Below are positions 63,274 to 64,000 of a DNA stretch of 64,000 nucleotides, piece by piece; within the stretch, counting starts at the first letter, position 1; each line of letters begins with the position of its first letter. The DNA is from Myxococcota bacterium. GTDB lineage: Bacteria > Myxococcota_A > SURF-8 > G963663525. Location: the NCBI GenBank assembly GCA_963676915.2, contig CAXXVK010000072.1, positions 96,001 to 160,000 on the forward strand. Reading direction: 5' to 3'. The notes below the pieces were generated by a model that was not told the DNA's origin, made no database searches, and saw nothing but the letters and a program-made list of their open reading frames with translations. Made by a program: the position numbers and the translations under genes.

Positions 63274-64000
63274 TGGCCGACCTCGTAAGTCGATGACAGT
63301 ACAGGCTTACCTTTGGAATCGGAATCGAGTGTGGCCAGCGTTTCAGAGGCTTCATAAAACGCGAGCAACGATGTCGCCCGCACAAGTCGGAAAAGCTGCC
63401 TCGTCAGTCCGATGGGACCATAAGCCCATGCATTCACCCAACGGGTTCGACGTTCAACTGAAAGTGCACAAAACGGTCTGCCGTACCGCATCCATGAAAA
63501 CGTGCGGAAACCGGTCATTCCGATTGTAAACAGCACGATATAGCGTCTGGGGATACTGTTGATTTGTCCTTGCAAGAAAGAGGCTACGTTGTTGAGCAAT
63601 TCCTCTCTCTTTTCGGAAGGAATTCTGTCGAAAGGACAGATGGCTTCGGCCAGTTTGGTTGTGAAGAGAGACGGTGTATCCAAGACAGTGGTGACGGAAC
63701 TGGTTCCGAGGCGTTCGTTCGAAATTTGATCGAATTGTTCGAGGTTTTTCAGAGGTTTCGCTTTTTGGGAGAGCTTCACGATGGAACCGAGTTCGATTCC
63801 GTACCACAACATAATGACAACACCCCAAAGGGTGATGGGAATGTAAAAGGCCAGGTGAACCAGAGTGGCGAAACTGATCGCGGTGGCTTGGTTGGCTCCT
63901 ACAAGCAGAAGACCTTGCATACAAAAAAAATGAAACGCTCCGATAAATCCAGGAGCCGAAGGAATCATGATGCCAAGGTTGGTCAACGACATAACCAGGA
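63270..64000 (-). CDS. 3' part of a lysylphosphatidylglycerol-synthase-TM (flippase-like) protein with extra C-terminal domain; 5' end outside the window
   Basis: IPSAPGFIGAFH TM motif, then a soluble domain (F.ALSVERR..W...W...LVRATSLLAFY) resembling the small partner domain of GMC enzymes. Confidence 0.7.
   Translation of the reverse strand, partial: LVMSLTNLGIMIPSAPGFIGAFHFFCMQGLLLVGANQATAISFATLVHLAFYIPITLWGVVIMLWYGIELGSIVKLSQKAKPLKNLEQFDQISNERLGTSSVTTVLDTPSLFTTKLAEAICPFDRIPSEKREELLNNVASFLQGQINSIPRRYIVLFTIGMTGFRTFSWMRYGRPFCALSVERRTRWVNAWAYGPIGLTRQLFRLVRATSLLAFYEASETLATLDSDSKGKPVLSSTYEVGQ

Overview
A chromosomal window (roughly 50-55% GC by eye) from what looks like an anaerobic Myxococcota/Desulfobacterota-like bacterium. 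That assignment is inferred from a MYXO-CTERM-like tail, many Cys-rich and 'DGDxD'-linker lipoproteins, sigma54 promoters and Cys-PAS kinases. Housekeeping genes (5' part of dnaE, coaX, gpmI, a LonC-type protease, a phosphohexomutase, a Na/Pi symporter, comF) alternate with accessory blocks. These blocks are: a radical-SAM operon with four Fe-S motifs; a three-gene secreted M64 peptidase unit; a GT-C glycosyltransferase; large acidic or PKD envelope proteins; an ECF sigma/anti-sigma/beta-propeller unit; a PHP-GT4 fusion; and a terminal operon with a flippase-like protein, a GMC oxidoreductase and two extended SDRs. I found no rRNA, tRNA, CRISPR array, prophage or intact transposase. The strongest leads are: (1) an A10 run in the overlap of two radical-SAM ORFs, where a -1 shift or one extra A would give a ~989-aa protein with three radical-SAM domains; (2) an orphan sigma54+IHF promoter driving a ~100-nt CCUCC-rich candidate sRNA, with a second CU-rich RNA downstream of another sigma54 promoter; (3) a 203-bp MITE with 16-bp TIRs and a 9-bp target duplication carrying a GTAG-REP doublet, plus a second dispersed REP family. 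All product calls come from motif recognition by eye; no database searches were run.
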